Origin: a virus
Lineage: Duplodnaviria; Heunggongvirae; Uroviricota; Caudoviricetes
Reading direction: 5' to 3' (one strand)
IMG/VR virus record: IMGVR_UViG_2880378312_000013
Length of the DNA stretch: 54,893 nucleotides
Positions 10,476 to 20,506 of the stretch are shown in pieces. Position numbers and translations under genes: made by a program. The notes beneath the pieces were generated by a model, which was not told the origin of the DNA, ran no database searches, and worked only from the letters and a program-made list of their open reading frames with translations. The first letter of the stretch is position 1. Every line of letters starts with the position of its first letter.

Positions 10476-11135
10476 TTAAAAATATCTTGCTTTTTTATTT
10501 GGTTTTTCTGCTAAGGAGTTAGTATCATCTCTCTGAGTTAAAAGGAATTTAAATTCAGACTTTCTTTTTGTCTCCTCGCTAGGAATATCAGAAAGAATTA
10601 ACGACTTCTCAGTTAACACTCTTAATTCATCAATACAAAAAAATTCAAAAACATTATTAAGATTAAATTTATGAAGAGTATTACTTAAGTTTGTTCTTAC
10701 TTTAGCCTCTTTGAAATTCAACCTACCATAAAAGTATGATGAAAAACTCTTTTTAGACGAAGCACTTTTGGAAAAAACCATCAACAGATTAGCTTCACTA
10801 ACATTTTCAATGCTCGAATCATATAATCTGTAATGGGCGCTATCCTGAAGAGACCTCTCAATTGTCATTACCCTACCTTGAAAATTAAATTCCAGATAGG
10901 CTAAATCATAACCTTGAGCATGATCGATATCTTTATTTTTTAGTTTTTCACTCCCTAATAAATATCGAATCAAATAATATATGTATGTTTTTCCAGAGTC
11001 AGAACCACCATATAAAATAGTCAATTTAGAACCAAATTCAATTATAGCATCTAATTTATTGAATCCGGTTACCTTTATTTTTCTGAACGTAAAAAAATTG
11101 TCATTCATAATTAAATTCCATATCATATTTGCCAA
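10476..11135 (-). CDS. N-terminal head segment of the SMC-like ABC ATPase (Walker A)
   Basis: FRKIKVTGFNKLDAIIEFGSKLTILYGGSDSGKTYI matches the N-terminal strand plus P-loop of SMC/Rad50/RecF-like ATPases; likely true start at MNDNFF. Confidence 0.65.
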   Translation of the reverse strand: MANMIWNLIMNDNFFTFRKIKVTGFNKLDAIIEFGSKLTILYGGSDSGKTYIYYLIRYLLGSEKLKNKDIDHAQGYDLAYLEFNFQGRVMTIERSLQDSAHYRLYDSSIENVSEANLLMVFSKSASSKKSFSSYFYGRLNFKEAKVRTNLSNTLHKFNLNNVFEFFCIDELRVLTEKSLILSDIPSEETKRKSEFKFLLTQRDDTNSLAEKPNKKARYF

Positions 11136-11574
11136 TTTTATTTTTTATAATTGATTGCAACTGCTCATCAGGAATATCACTATATAACTTAACCACCAAA
11201 TTTATATTATGCTCCATCTGCGCAACATATTCATTATGTAGAGAATTTGTAAATGCATATGTTTTTTCAGAAGCTTTATATACAAAACCACGATGTGTAT
11301 AAATTTTTGAGGCTAGTTCATAGCCTTGCAACAAAGCCAATGATTCTAAAACAATCTCTCGTTTTAGGGCTAACTGAGCATCTCTACGGGGTATTGGAGG
11401 ATGAAGACTAATCTCTTCAGGTAAAAAATCCTTAAGATTTACTAAAATAAAATCAAAACAAATAAGCCGTTCAAGGCTTAATGAAGAAGGATAAATAGCG
11501 ACGAGCACTTTCGCCATTCGACATGCCACTTCTAAACTTGAATTATAAATTCTAACCATTATCTCACCGTCCAA
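11101..11574 (-). CDS. small helical protein, candidate middle component of a three-gene defence cassette
   Basis: 157 aa, TTG start, overlaps both neighbours; position matches LmuC/ABC-3C middle components. Confidence 0.45.
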   Translation of the reverse strand: MDGEIMVRIYNSSLEVACRMAKVLVAIYPSSLSLERLICFDFILVNLKDFLPEEISLHPPIPRRDAQLALKREIVLESLALLQGYELASKIYTHRGFVYKASEKTYAFTNSLHNEYVAQMEHNINLVVKLYSDIPDEQLQSIIKNKIGKYDMEFNYE

Positions 11575-12176
11575 ATTACTTCACCATCATTAACCAAATG
11601 ATGGCATATTCCTTTTTTATCATTTGCTTCACATATTTTTGATAGTACTGAATGTGCAATTGGTGTCAGAACAGCCTGCTTCAAGACTGCATTACACCTA
11701 ATAAATGCATAATTATGGTCTTCATAAAAGACGGGTTCAATTGAAGATGAAATGTAACATTTCAATGCTTTGAATACATCATCTTTAAATACTTCGCGGA
11801 CAAAAACCTCAAGCGAAGATGCAAAATAAAAATCATTTCTACTATTATTAAAGTGTCGTCTGTATGGATCATCAAGCTCTAAGAAAGAACTATAAGTTTT
11901 ATTTCCATGCTCTGAATAGGCTTGAAGCAGTGCATTAACATATACAGACTCTTTTTTTGAATTGTATGTTGGAATTTCATTTGGAGGGATTCTCACGACA
12001 TACAGCTCGTTAAAGTACTTAAAATAAAGGTGTGTATTTGCAATATCATTTAAAATCAATGATAAGGGTAGAGAGTAAAAAATACTAAAATCAAAATCCT
12101 CAATATATTTTTTTATTTCATCATCTAATGGAATATCAATCTTTTTAGTTATTTTTTTGAAATTGCTGAATCCCAT
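11559..12176 (-). CDS. C-terminal part of the candidate effector protein (frameshifted relative to the upstream ORF)
   Basis: 205 aa; overlaps the upstream ORF by 28 nt in another frame across an A7 tract. Confidence 0.5.
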   Translation of the reverse strand: MGFSNFKKITKKIDIPLDDEIKKYIEDFDFSIFYSLPLSLILNDIANTHLYFKYFNELYVVRIPPNEIPTYNSKKESVYVNALLQAYSEHGNKTYSSFLELDDPYRRHFNNSRNDFYFASSLEVFVREVFKDDVFKALKCYISSSIEPVFYEDHNYAFIRCNAVLKQAVLTPIAHSVLSKICEANDKKGICHHLVNDGEVIWTVR

Positions 12177-12565
12177 GAATCAAGGACTGCTTTTTTAAGC
12201 TCGTTTTTATTTTTCAATAAATTAGAAAATGTAGTAGATAAATCATAGGGTGCCACAAAAAAGTACTTCTGAGGGATGGGATAATCACCATTCAGAGTAA
12301 AATAGATAAGTTTTCCAAACTCAACTACAACATCAGAGAACCCTAAACTTTTTTTGTACAGTTTGCATTGATAATTATCCCAAGAATAACCTTCTACGTT
12401 AGGATCCGATTTATATCCAACAACGTCTCTACCTTTATCTCCAGCTCCTCCCAAACGTTCGCTCCACGGGTAATCATCTGATTTACAGACAATAAGCCAA
12501 TCATGGACAAATACCTCCCATTGTTCATCATCCCATGTCAATATTTCCGAAAGTGGTTGAGACAC
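12149..12565 (-). CDS. N-terminal part of the candidate effector, PD-(D/E)xK / Mrr-like nuclease-fold motifs
   Basis: 138 aa, GTG start; GAGDKGRDVVGY followed by YQCK resembles the D...(E/Q)xK core of restriction-endonuclease-like folds; assignment is tentative. Confidence 0.45.
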   Translation of the reverse strand: MSQPLSEILTWDDEQWEVFVHDWLIVCKSDDYPWSERLGGAGDKGRDVVGYKSDPNVEGYSWDNYQCKLYKKSLGFSDVVVEFGKLIYFTLNGDYPIPQKYFFVAPYDLSTTFSNLLKNKNELKKAVLDSWDSAISKK

Positions 12566-12568
12566 AAA

Positions 12569-13801
12569 TTAACTCCTTTTTAGTCTTTCAAATATCAAAT
12601 TACTGTACCAGTCCATCATAGACTTCCTTCCACTAAAATATTGAGCATGGTTATAAGTCCCCCTAATAGAATTTTTATCTACATGAGCCAACTGGATTTC
12701 AATCCAAGCACTCTCAAAACCTTGCTCATGCAGGATTGTAGAAAGGGTATGACGAAAACCATGTCCAGTGACTTTTCCTCCATACCCAATACGCTTAATG
12801 GCTTGATTTATACTCGCTTCGCTCATTGGCCTATTCGGATCGTTCCGCCCTGGAAAAACATAACGATAGTTCCCTGTCATGATCTTGAGTTCATTGAGTA
12901 AATCTACCGCTTGAGATGATAAGGGCACAAGATGTGGCCTACGCATTTTCATCCTTTCAGCAGGAATTTCCCAAATAGCGTTATCCAGATCAAATTCTTG
13001 CCATAATGCCGCGCGTAATTCGATGGTTCTCACACCCGTAATCATCAGTAATTTCGTGGCTATCTGGACAAGCTTACTCCCGGAGTAACCCTCTAAGGCA
13101 CGTAGAAAATCAGGTATCTCATCAGCTTTTAGGAATGGGAAATGATTGGATTGGTGTACTTCGAGAGCGCTGGAGAGATCAGCCGCAGGATTGTACTCCG
13201 CCCTACCCGTTGCAATTGCGTAGCGAAACACTTCGGAGCAACGCTGCCGCACTTTGCGCATTTTCTCCAACGCACCACGTTTCTCAATTTTACGCAGAAC
13301 GTTCAGCAGCTCTAGCGGTTTAATCTCTCCCACAGGCCTTGTTCCGACATAAGGAAAAATGTCGTTCTTAAACGCTTCCATGATGTCTGATGCATATCCC
13401 GCCGACCATTTAGCAGATTTAAGTTGATGCCACTCTCTGGCTATCTTTTCGAAGGCGTTCTCTGACTCTGTTTGCATAGCTAGCTTTTGCTCTTTTCGAA
13501 CCTCACTAGGGTTCTTTCCTTCTGCCACAAGTTTTCGAGCTTCATCACGACGGGAACGAGCATCGGCAAGGGTGATCGTTGGGTAAACACCAAGCGAGAT
13601 CATTTTGGGTTTGCCGGCATAGCGATAGCGGAACCGCCAACTCTTGCTTCCATTAGGTTCTATAAGTAATGACAACCCTAGCCCATCTCCAAATGTATAG
13701 GCTTTAGCTTCAGGCTTAGCGCGGCGAATCTGCATATCGTTTAAAGGCATGTGTATAGGAATCCAGACCGAACAGGAACATATACACAATCCTATACACA
13801 T
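12569..13801 (-). CDS. P4-type tyrosine integrase
   Basis: 410-aa ORF with C-terminal catalytic region (HGFRHT...Y); sits next to the partial tRNA-Thr repeat, co-oriented with it; probable start at MPLNDMQ. Confidence 0.9.
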   Translation of the reverse strand: MCIGLCICSCSVWIPIHMPLNDMQIRRAKPEAKAYTFGDGLGLSLLIEPNGSKSWRFRYRYAGKPKMISLGVYPTITLADARSRRDEARKLVAEGKNPSEVRKEQKLAMQTESENAFEKIAREWHQLKSAKWSAGYASDIMEAFKNDIFPYVGTRPVGEIKPLELLNVLRKIEKRGALEKMRKVRQRCSEVFRYAIATGRAEYNPAADLSSALEVHQSNHFPFLKADEIPDFLRALEGYSGSKLVQIATKLLMITGVRTIELRAALWQEFDLDNAIWEIPAERMKMRRPHLVPLSSQAVDLLNELKIMTGNYRYVFPGRNDPNRPMSEASINQAIKRIGYGGKVTGHGFRHTLSTILHEQGFESAWIEIQLAHVDKNSIRGTYNHAQYFSGRKSMMDWYSNLIFERLKRS

Positions 13802-13912
13802 TCAGTACCGGATTCTACTGGATGGTTACGGACTACTATGGACTTAAAAGAATAAAAAATGTTATAAATCAGAGATTTTATGGACTAATACGGACGTTTG
13901 AGGAAGTTGAGA

Positions 13913-13958
13913 TGGTGCCGATAATAGGAGTCGAACCTACGACCTTCGCATTACGAAT
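13913..13958 (-). repeat. 46-bp direct repeat of the thrW 3' end (att site shared by both elements)
   Basis: tggtgccgataataggagtcgaacctacgaccttcgcattacgaat is identical to the 3' part of the intact tRNA-Thr at 53450-53495, then diverges. Confidence 0.8.
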
Positions 13959-14233
13959 TATAAGAATCCGCTTCTAATTCAAAGCATTACCCCATCAACA
14001 CTGCGCTCACACGTCCCACCACATCAAAACATGTAAAGCCTTGCAAGCCATTGCGAGGCCTTATGTGTCTCAGTTTTGTCCCACCTTGTATTACGACTTG
14101 CATAGCCAATGAAGATAAACGTGACGACAAACGGCGCAGCAGTCTTCTTTTCTTTCACGACTTCTCCAGCATGCATACCTTTCTGCCATGACTGAAGTGA
14201 ATGCCTGTTATGAGCGAGGATTGGCCCAGATGA

Positions 14234-14671
14234 ATCGCCCTGGACTGTTGCGATCGTGAAGCCATAGACTGGGCCGCAAGCACGGGAGGTTACGATAAAG
14301 CGACAGTGCAGGATGTCATGTTAGGAGCGATAGAAAAACGCTTTGGCGATAAAGTACCGGAACAGTCCATCCAGTGGCTGACAGATAACGGTTCAGCGTA
14401 TAGAGCGCATGAAACACGGCAGTTCGCCAGAGAGTTGAATCTGGAGCCCTGCACAACGGCAATCAGCAGTCCTCAGAGTAATGGAATTGCAGAAAGGTTC
14501 GTGAAAACGATGAAGGAAGACTATATCGCGTTCATGCCGAAACCGAATGTAAGAACGGCATTGCATAATCTTGCAGTGGCGATCGAACATTACAATGAAA
14601 ACCATCCGCACAGTGCGTTGGGTTATCGCTCTCCGCGAGAATATCGACGTCAGCGGGTAACGTTAACTTAA
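14234..14671 (+). pseudogene. IS2-like (IS3 family) transposase orfB remnant
   Basis: Translation [23 protein letters not shown]...[14 protein letters not shown]...[14 protein letters not shown] matches the integrase-core C-terminus of IS2 InsD as I recall it; in-frame stop upstream and no orfA. Confidence 0.6.
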
Positions 14672-14712
14672 GATACACCCCCTGTCTGGAAATAAGGGGG
14701 CAAGAACAATGA

Positions 14713-15465
14713 TCAGATTCCCTGGTGAGTAAGAATTTTACTTTCTGAACTCCTCTGAGAGTATTGACTTGGAGAAACACCAAAATAACGTCTAAATACA
14801 TAAGTAAAGTATGAGACACTGGCATAACCACAGACCTTAGCTACTTTACTAATAGGATAACAACGAGTGCTGAGTAAATATTCAGCCATTTGCATCCTCT
14901 CATCAAGTATGATCTTACTGAATGATACCCCCTCTTCTTTCAATTTCCTCTTTAGTAAACTTTCGCTGAGATATAATCTTGATGATATATCCTTAAGACG
15001 CCATGGTGCAGATAAATCCGTATGAATAATCGTTTTAACTTTAGCCCCTGTGCTTTTCAAACATCCAAACAGAAATACTCCAAATTGTTTTTCAGAAGAA
15101 AATGCAGAGAGACATGTAAAAGCAATAGACTCATCAAAAATTTCTATGTATTCAGCACAGTGATTAGCCCAACTAATTAATCCTTTAATTAAACTGAAGT
15201 CAGCAAAGTTTATTTTTAAATAAGATGGATATTCCCTACAATCAGAAATATCCCTTAAGTTATTAGCTTTCAAATAGCGACTAATAAACTCAGCGCCAAA
15301 ATCCGCCACTATCACTCTTTCAGGATATGTCAGGAAAAAATCTCTAGAGCTAGAGTCGACAAGTACAGATGAACCTCTCTCCAGAAACACACTCTCTTTT
15401 CCGAAATAAACATCAAAGGACTCCAAAATCAATATAACTGAACATGTAGTTGCCATATCATCCAC
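14713..15465 (-). CDS. AraC-family transcriptional regulator
   Basis: 250 aa, C-terminal AraC-type HTH (ISKVAKVCGYASVSYFTYVFRRYFGVSPSQY); gene is markedly AT-rich. Confidence 0.8.
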   Translation of the reverse strand: MDDMATTCSVILILESFDVYFGKESVFLERGSSVLVDSSSRDFFLTYPERVIVADFGAEFISRYLKANNLRDISDCREYPSYLKINFADFSLIKGLISWANHCAEYIEIFDESIAFTCLSAFSSEKQFGVFLFGCLKSTGAKVKTIIHTDLSAPWRLKDISSRLYLSESLLKRKLKEEGVSFSKIILDERMQMAEYLLSTRCYPISKVAKVCGYASVSYFTYVFRRYFGVSPSQYSQRSSESKILTHQGI

Positions 15466-16038
15466 CCAATTTAACTGAAACCAGGATGAAGTATATGTAT
15501 ATAAAGTTCACTTTGCCAAACTTCAGTATAAAAAACCACTAAAAATAGGGTGTGATAAAAAATACCGTAACAATAAAGCAAAGGATTATAAATTCCGTTA
15601 CAGTTACAAATGATACTCAAGAAACAATTCCTTAGGAAAAACTTATTTACAGCCAATAAGTAAGACACTTATATGATATCAAGTTTTCATAAAACATAAC
15701 TAGGCTAAATAGCTGCGCCTAATACCGCTACACTTTTGCCAGCCCATGTTTGCCTCCGGGTATTGACCCCTTCTCTACGCAACTTCAGTTCCCACCACCA
15801 ACTTTGCGGCAGCTTTGTAGGATCAATGTCTAAAAGAATAATGGTGACCGATAAGAAAACGACTGAATAACTGCAGATTTTCGCTCGAAACCTTCCTGTC
15901 AGATCCATAGCGAATCAAGTGCTGAATGTCACAGTATCGAACAGAAAACAGTGACGATCTAACCCTTCAAGAATATTCTACGATTGTTCTGTTTAGGAAA
16001 AGCAAGGCGGGAAGTCGGGAGATAAGTCATTGATAAAG

Positions 16039-16104
16039 TGGCGGAGAGAGGGGGATTTGCCCCCCCGGTAGAGTTGCCCCTACTCCGGTTTTCGAGACCG
16101 GTCC
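16039..16104 (-). other. partial tRNA-Ser(CGA)-like 3' fragment (relic att site)
   Basis: Reverse complement reads ggaccggtctcgaaaaccggagtaggggcaactctaccggggg..caaatccccctctctccgcca, the anticodon-to-3'-end part of a serU-type tRNA; 5' third absent. Confidence 0.6.
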
Positions 16105-16184
16105 AATCATCAAACGAAACATAAAATTAATTCACATTATGAGGAAAAGTATCTTTTTTGTACTATGTAAATTCAAAGACTTAG

Positions 16185-17054
<870 letters not shown>

Positions 17055-17114
17055 GTCTTTAAGTGATAAGCATAAACCGCAGCACGATCTTCTTGCATAC
17101 GACGTGCTACGGTT

Positions 17115-17714
17115 TCATTTATCTCCGACCGGAAACTTCTTATACAGTGTCGATATACCAACATCATAGATGATCGCCACCTTTTGGCGAGGAACGCCTG
17201 ATGCAATTAATCGCCCGGCCTGCGCCCATTGTTCTGGTGTAAGTTTGGGACGACGTCCACCAATTCGTCCCTGTGCGCGAGCTGCTTCCAGTCCAGCTTT
17301 TGTTCGTTCAACAATCAGTTCACGCTCCATTTCAGCCAGGGCACCCATCACATGAAAGAAAAAGCGCCCCATTGGGGTACTGGTATCAATTGAATCCGTC
17401 AGACTACGAAAGTTGATGCCTCGTTCGCGCAACTCCTCCACCAGCACGACAAGATGCCGCATACTGCGCCCCAGTCGGTCCAGTTTCCAGACCACCAGCG
17501 TGTCACCTGCCGATAATGTCCTGAGCAGCTTTTTCAGTCCTGGTCTGTCGGACTTTGTACCGCTTATCTTGTCTTCAAAAATCAGCTCACATCCTGCACA
17601 CTCCAGCGCATTACGCTGTAATTCCGTATTCTGGTTATTTGTTGATACGCGGACATAGCCAATAAGCATGAGCATTCCCCTGAGTAAAAACCGGGGATGA
17701 TGCCAGTTAGCCAT
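17115..17714 (-). CDS. serine DNA invertase (Gin/Pin/Hin/Cin family)
   Basis: MLIGYVRVSTNNQNTELQ...LVVWKLDRLGRS...GRIGGRRPKLT are hallmark resolvase/invertase motifs; real start at the internal MLIGYV. Confidence 0.9.
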   Translation of the reverse strand: MANWHHPRFLLRGMLMLIGYVRVSTNNQNTELQRNALECAGCELIFEDKISGTKSDRPGLKKLLRTLSAGDTLVVWKLDRLGRSMRHLVVLVEELRERGINFRSLTDSIDTSTPMGRFFFHVMGALAEMERELIVERTKAGLEAARAQGRIGGRRPKLTPEQWAQAGRLIASGVPRQKVAIIYDVGISTLYKKFPVGDK

Positions 17715-18218
17715 AATCTCTGCATTTTCTTAAACGTTGGTTTGGGAGAAGGCTCTGCATTACCTGTTGGTGTGCCTGTTCCATGGCCTTCAGCCACACC
17801 GCCAACAGGCTGGCTGAAATGCAACGGTGCGGCTTTTTCTGCTGAAGAATACCCGGAACTGGCAAAGGCTTATCCGACAAATAAATTGCCTGATTTACGT
17901 GGTGAGTTTATTCGTGGCTGGGATGACGGGCGCGGTATTGATGCAGGACGTGTTTTATTGAGCATTCAGACAGGGATGCTGGAAAAACACCGCCATATTG
18001 TTGTTGCCAATGATGGTTACGACACAAAAGATGAATGGGAACTGGCTACGATTTTCAAAAAGACATACACACAAGGACGGGGACTTGATGCCACAAATAC
18101 AGGAGGGAGTCTGATCCCATCACCGACACTTCATTCACGAGGGAGTATCGGTAATACTGGCGGGAGTGAAACCCGTCCACGAAATATTGCATTTAACTAT
18201 ATCGTGAGGGCTGCATAA
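17697..18218 (+). CDS. alternative tail fibre C-terminal segment (silent orientation, no own start)
   Basis: Encodes LPVGVPVPWPSATPPTGWLKCNGAAFS...; begins at the crossover site and would fuse to the constant fibre N-terminus after inversion. Confidence 0.7.
   Translation: MMPVSHNLCIFLNVGLGEGSALPVGVPVPWPSATPPTGWLKCNGAAFSAEEYPELAKAYPTNKLPDLRGEFIRGWDDGRGIDAGRVLLSIQTGMLEKHRHIVVANDGYDTKDEWELATIFKKTYTQGRGLDATNTGGSLIPSPTLHSRGSIGNTGGSETRPRNIAFNYIVRAA
17731..17751. repeat. invertase crossover site (right inverted repeat)
   Basis: aaacgttggtttgggagaagg is the inverse complement, with one mismatch, of cttctcccaaaccaaggtttt at 19615-19635. Confidence 0.55.
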
Positions 18219-18820
18219 TGGATAACGCCGTATTAAATAGCGAGCTTATTGCCACGAAGGCGGGGAATATTACCGTCTATAACTATGATGGTAAAACTCG
18301 GGAATATATTTCTACTTCAAATGAATATCTTGCCATTGGTGTCGGTATCCCTGCATATTCCTGTCTGGATGAACCTGGTATACATAAGGCGGGTTATGCT
18401 ATCTGCCGTTCGATGGATTTAAACTCATGGGAATATGTGCCAGACCATCGCGGTGAAATCGTCTATAACACCGAAACGGGAGACGCCAAAGAAATCACAG
18501 CTCCGGGTGATTATCCTGAAAATACAACCACTATCGCCCCGTTAACGCCATTCGATAAATGGGATGGTGAAAAATGGGTGACAGATACTGAGGCACAACA
18601 CGGTGCCGCAGTAGAAGCGGCAGAAGCACAGCGCCAGTCACTGATTGATGCAGCAATGGCTTCCATCAGTCTGATTCAACTGAAATTGCAGGCCGGACGT
18701 AAACCGACGCAGGCAGAAACAACCAGACTTAACGCTGTGCTGGATTACATTGACGCGGTGACGGCAACAGATACCAGCACCGCGCCGGATGTCATCTGGC
18801 CTGAACTGCCGGAGGCGTAG
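18218..18820 (+). CDS. tail fibre assembly protein (alternative orientation)
   Basis: 200 aa; C-terminal region (AVLDYIDAVTATDTSTAPDVIWPELPEA) parallels the other assembly protein on the opposite strand. Confidence 0.7.
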   Translation: MDNAVLNSELIATKAGNITVYNYDGKTREYISTSNEYLAIGVGIPAYSCLDEPGIHKAGYAICRSMDLNSWEYVPDHRGEIVYNTETGDAKEITAPGDYPENTTTIAPLTPFDKWDGEKWVTDTEAQHGAAVEAAEAQRQSLIDAAMASISLIQLKLQAGRKPTQAETTRLNAVLDYIDAVTATDTSTAPDVIWPELPEA

Positions 18821-19244
18821 GCCATTCAATATCTGGCGCACTGGAGGTATCAACCAGCTCCAGTGCATCCAGATAATCCAGCCACAAATTATATTGCGCC
18901 AGTTCCTCACCTTTCAGACGACCAATAGCGGCTTTACCGGGCCATTGTTTACTGTTCATGTATTCGTTGGCCTGGTTAATTAGTAGCTGTCTTTCTGATT
19001 CAGTAATTTCAATAAGTTCTTCATGCGTGGGTGGAGGAATATCTGCCCACGCAGGCAGCCCATCATCTCCGGCAATACGGATTTTTCCTTGTGGCGGTTC
19101 AGCCATAAACTCACTGATAATATTTTGATTTACTTCCTTAGCGTCTGATAAATCCCATCCCTCTGATTTATATTTATCAATCATATCCACAGGGAAAAAA
19201 GCATTATGCCTTGCGCTATAAACATATTCATTCATATAAATCAC
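18792..19244 (-). CDS. tail fibre assembly protein (expressed orientation)
   Basis: 150 aa immediately downstream of the fibre gene; ends LWLDYLDALELVDTSSAPDIEWPTPP. Confidence 0.7.
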   Translation of the reverse strand: MIYMNEYVYSARHNAFFPVDMIDKYKSEGWDLSDAKEVNQNIISEFMAEPPQGKIRIAGDDGLPAWADIPPPTHEELIEITESERQLLINQANEYMNSKQWPGKAAIGRLKGEELAQYNLWLDYLDALELVDTSSAPDIEWPTPPAVQAR

Positions 19245-19255
19245 CCTGAATAAAA

Positions 19256-19918
19256 TTACTCACCAACAGCCCACCAACTGTAATTCATCGATACCGTGTC
19301 GCTGGTTGATGACGTTCTGTAAGCAGAATTAAAGCCGGTTAACGTTGGGCCTTCTGCAGTCATCACGAACCCTCGCCCAGCGCCTAAAGGCGCACCGCCA
19401 TCACCAGAATGAGTAAGCATGGCGCAGTCCGCTTTTTTGGAGAAAGGGATGCTGAATGTAATTCTCATTGTTTGCGTCGATAATGTCGGCGTAACCGCAC
19501 CACGACCATATTGCAGGATTTTCCCGTTGGGTAATTTCATCCATCCATCACCACTGGCAAAAGAGGCCATGTCCGGTATCTGATTTTCCCCTGTCCCCAC
19601 ATCCCGTTTTGCCGCTTCTCCCAAACCAAGGTTTTCGAGAGCCGTTTGCACAGTGCCATCCGATTTGATATCGCCAAACGGATTCTTGCGGCTTAACAGC
19701 AGCGCGCGAAGTGCGGTAAGTAACTGGTCGTGCCGCCCCTTCTCCAGGCTGGCACCGGATGCCTCCACCACGCTGCAAAGTTCCTCCTGCAACATGTCAA
19801 AGTAGTCATCATCCAGATCGGTGGCAGGCGTGCCGGTCTGGGGGTTACCACGGGTAAAACCGTTCTTACCCGCGCCGAACTTATCCTTCTGCGCGGTTTT
19901 CGTGTCTATACGATGCAT
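19256..19918 (-). CDS. tail fibre protein (constant N-terminus fused to variable C-terminus)
   Basis: 220 aa; the crossover site lies inside the gene at the codons for NLGLGE, as in Mu S / e14 fibre genes. Confidence 0.7.
   Translation of the reverse strand: MHRIDTKTAQKDKFGAGKNGFTRGNPQTGTPATDLDDDYFDMLQEELCSVVEASGASLEKGRHDQLLTALRALLLSRKNPFGDIKSDGTVQTALENLGLGEAAKRDVGTGENQIPDMASFASGDGWMKLPNGKILQYGRGAVTPTLSTQTMRITFSIPFSKKADCAMLTHSGDGGAPLGAGRGFVMTAEGPTLTGFNSAYRTSSTSDTVSMNYSWWAVGE
19615..19635. repeat. invertase crossover site (left inverted repeat, inside the fibre gene)
   Basis: cttctcccaaaccaaggtttt; partner at 17731-17751. Confidence 0.55.
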
Positions 19919-19921
19919 GGA

Positions 19922-20506
19922 TTACTCCGGATATTTAAAAATTACGTAGGTTTGCGACGGGCAGAGTTTGTTAAGCACACACTCGACAACGGTGTCACCC
20001 CAGATACGCAGTGCGGAATCACAGGGATCGCCACATGTCATCCAGGTGGAGTTGGTGGTGGCTGGCATGTTGACCTGCCAGTAATACCGCCATTCCGGCG
20101 CATTCACCGCGTCAGTACAGGCCGATGAGCAGGTGAAAGTGCTTTTGTCGTATCGCGTGATGGTGGCATCTGGTCTGCCCAGGGCAGCAAGCTGTGCAAG
20201 ATAAAAATCCTCGTTGATGCCGCCCGCCAGGTTAACCTTCGCATCCAGCCGTTGCTGACGCTGGCGAAGGGTCTGCGTTCCCGCCGGAATACATTCATCC
20301 GGCAGACCGCACAGACGCTCCCAGCGGTTTATCAGTTCAGTGGTGGTGCGAGGATCCAGCTCCCGCATCAGGGCATCCGCACGCTGATGAACACGGGTTA
20401 ATGACGGTGCCGCACCGGCAATCGCCGGATCGCTGGCTGACCACGCCGGACCGGGCGGCAACAGTGCCGATAACAGGCGGATGTAATCATCGTTTGTCAC
20501 GTCCAT
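19922..20506 (-). CDS. Mu gp48-like tail/baseplate protein
   Basis: Position between baseplate J and fibre genes; 194 aa. Confidence 0.55.
   Translation of the reverse strand: MDVTNDDYIRLLSALLPPGPAWSASDPAIAGAAPSLTRVHQRADALMRELDPRTTTELINRWERLCGLPDECIPAGTQTLRQRQQRLDAKVNLAGGINEDFYLAQLAALGRPDATITRYDKSTFTCSSACTDAVNAPEWRYYWQVNMPATTNSTWMTCGDPCDSALRIWGDTVVECVLNKLCPSQTYVIFKYPE

Noticed and set aside
11559-12565. Toprim/OLD-like (PARIS AriB or Gabija-type) identity for the effector candidate
   Set aside because: No Toprim-like acidic motifs were seen; the conserved residues fit a PD-(D/E)xK-type pattern better, though this remains unverified.
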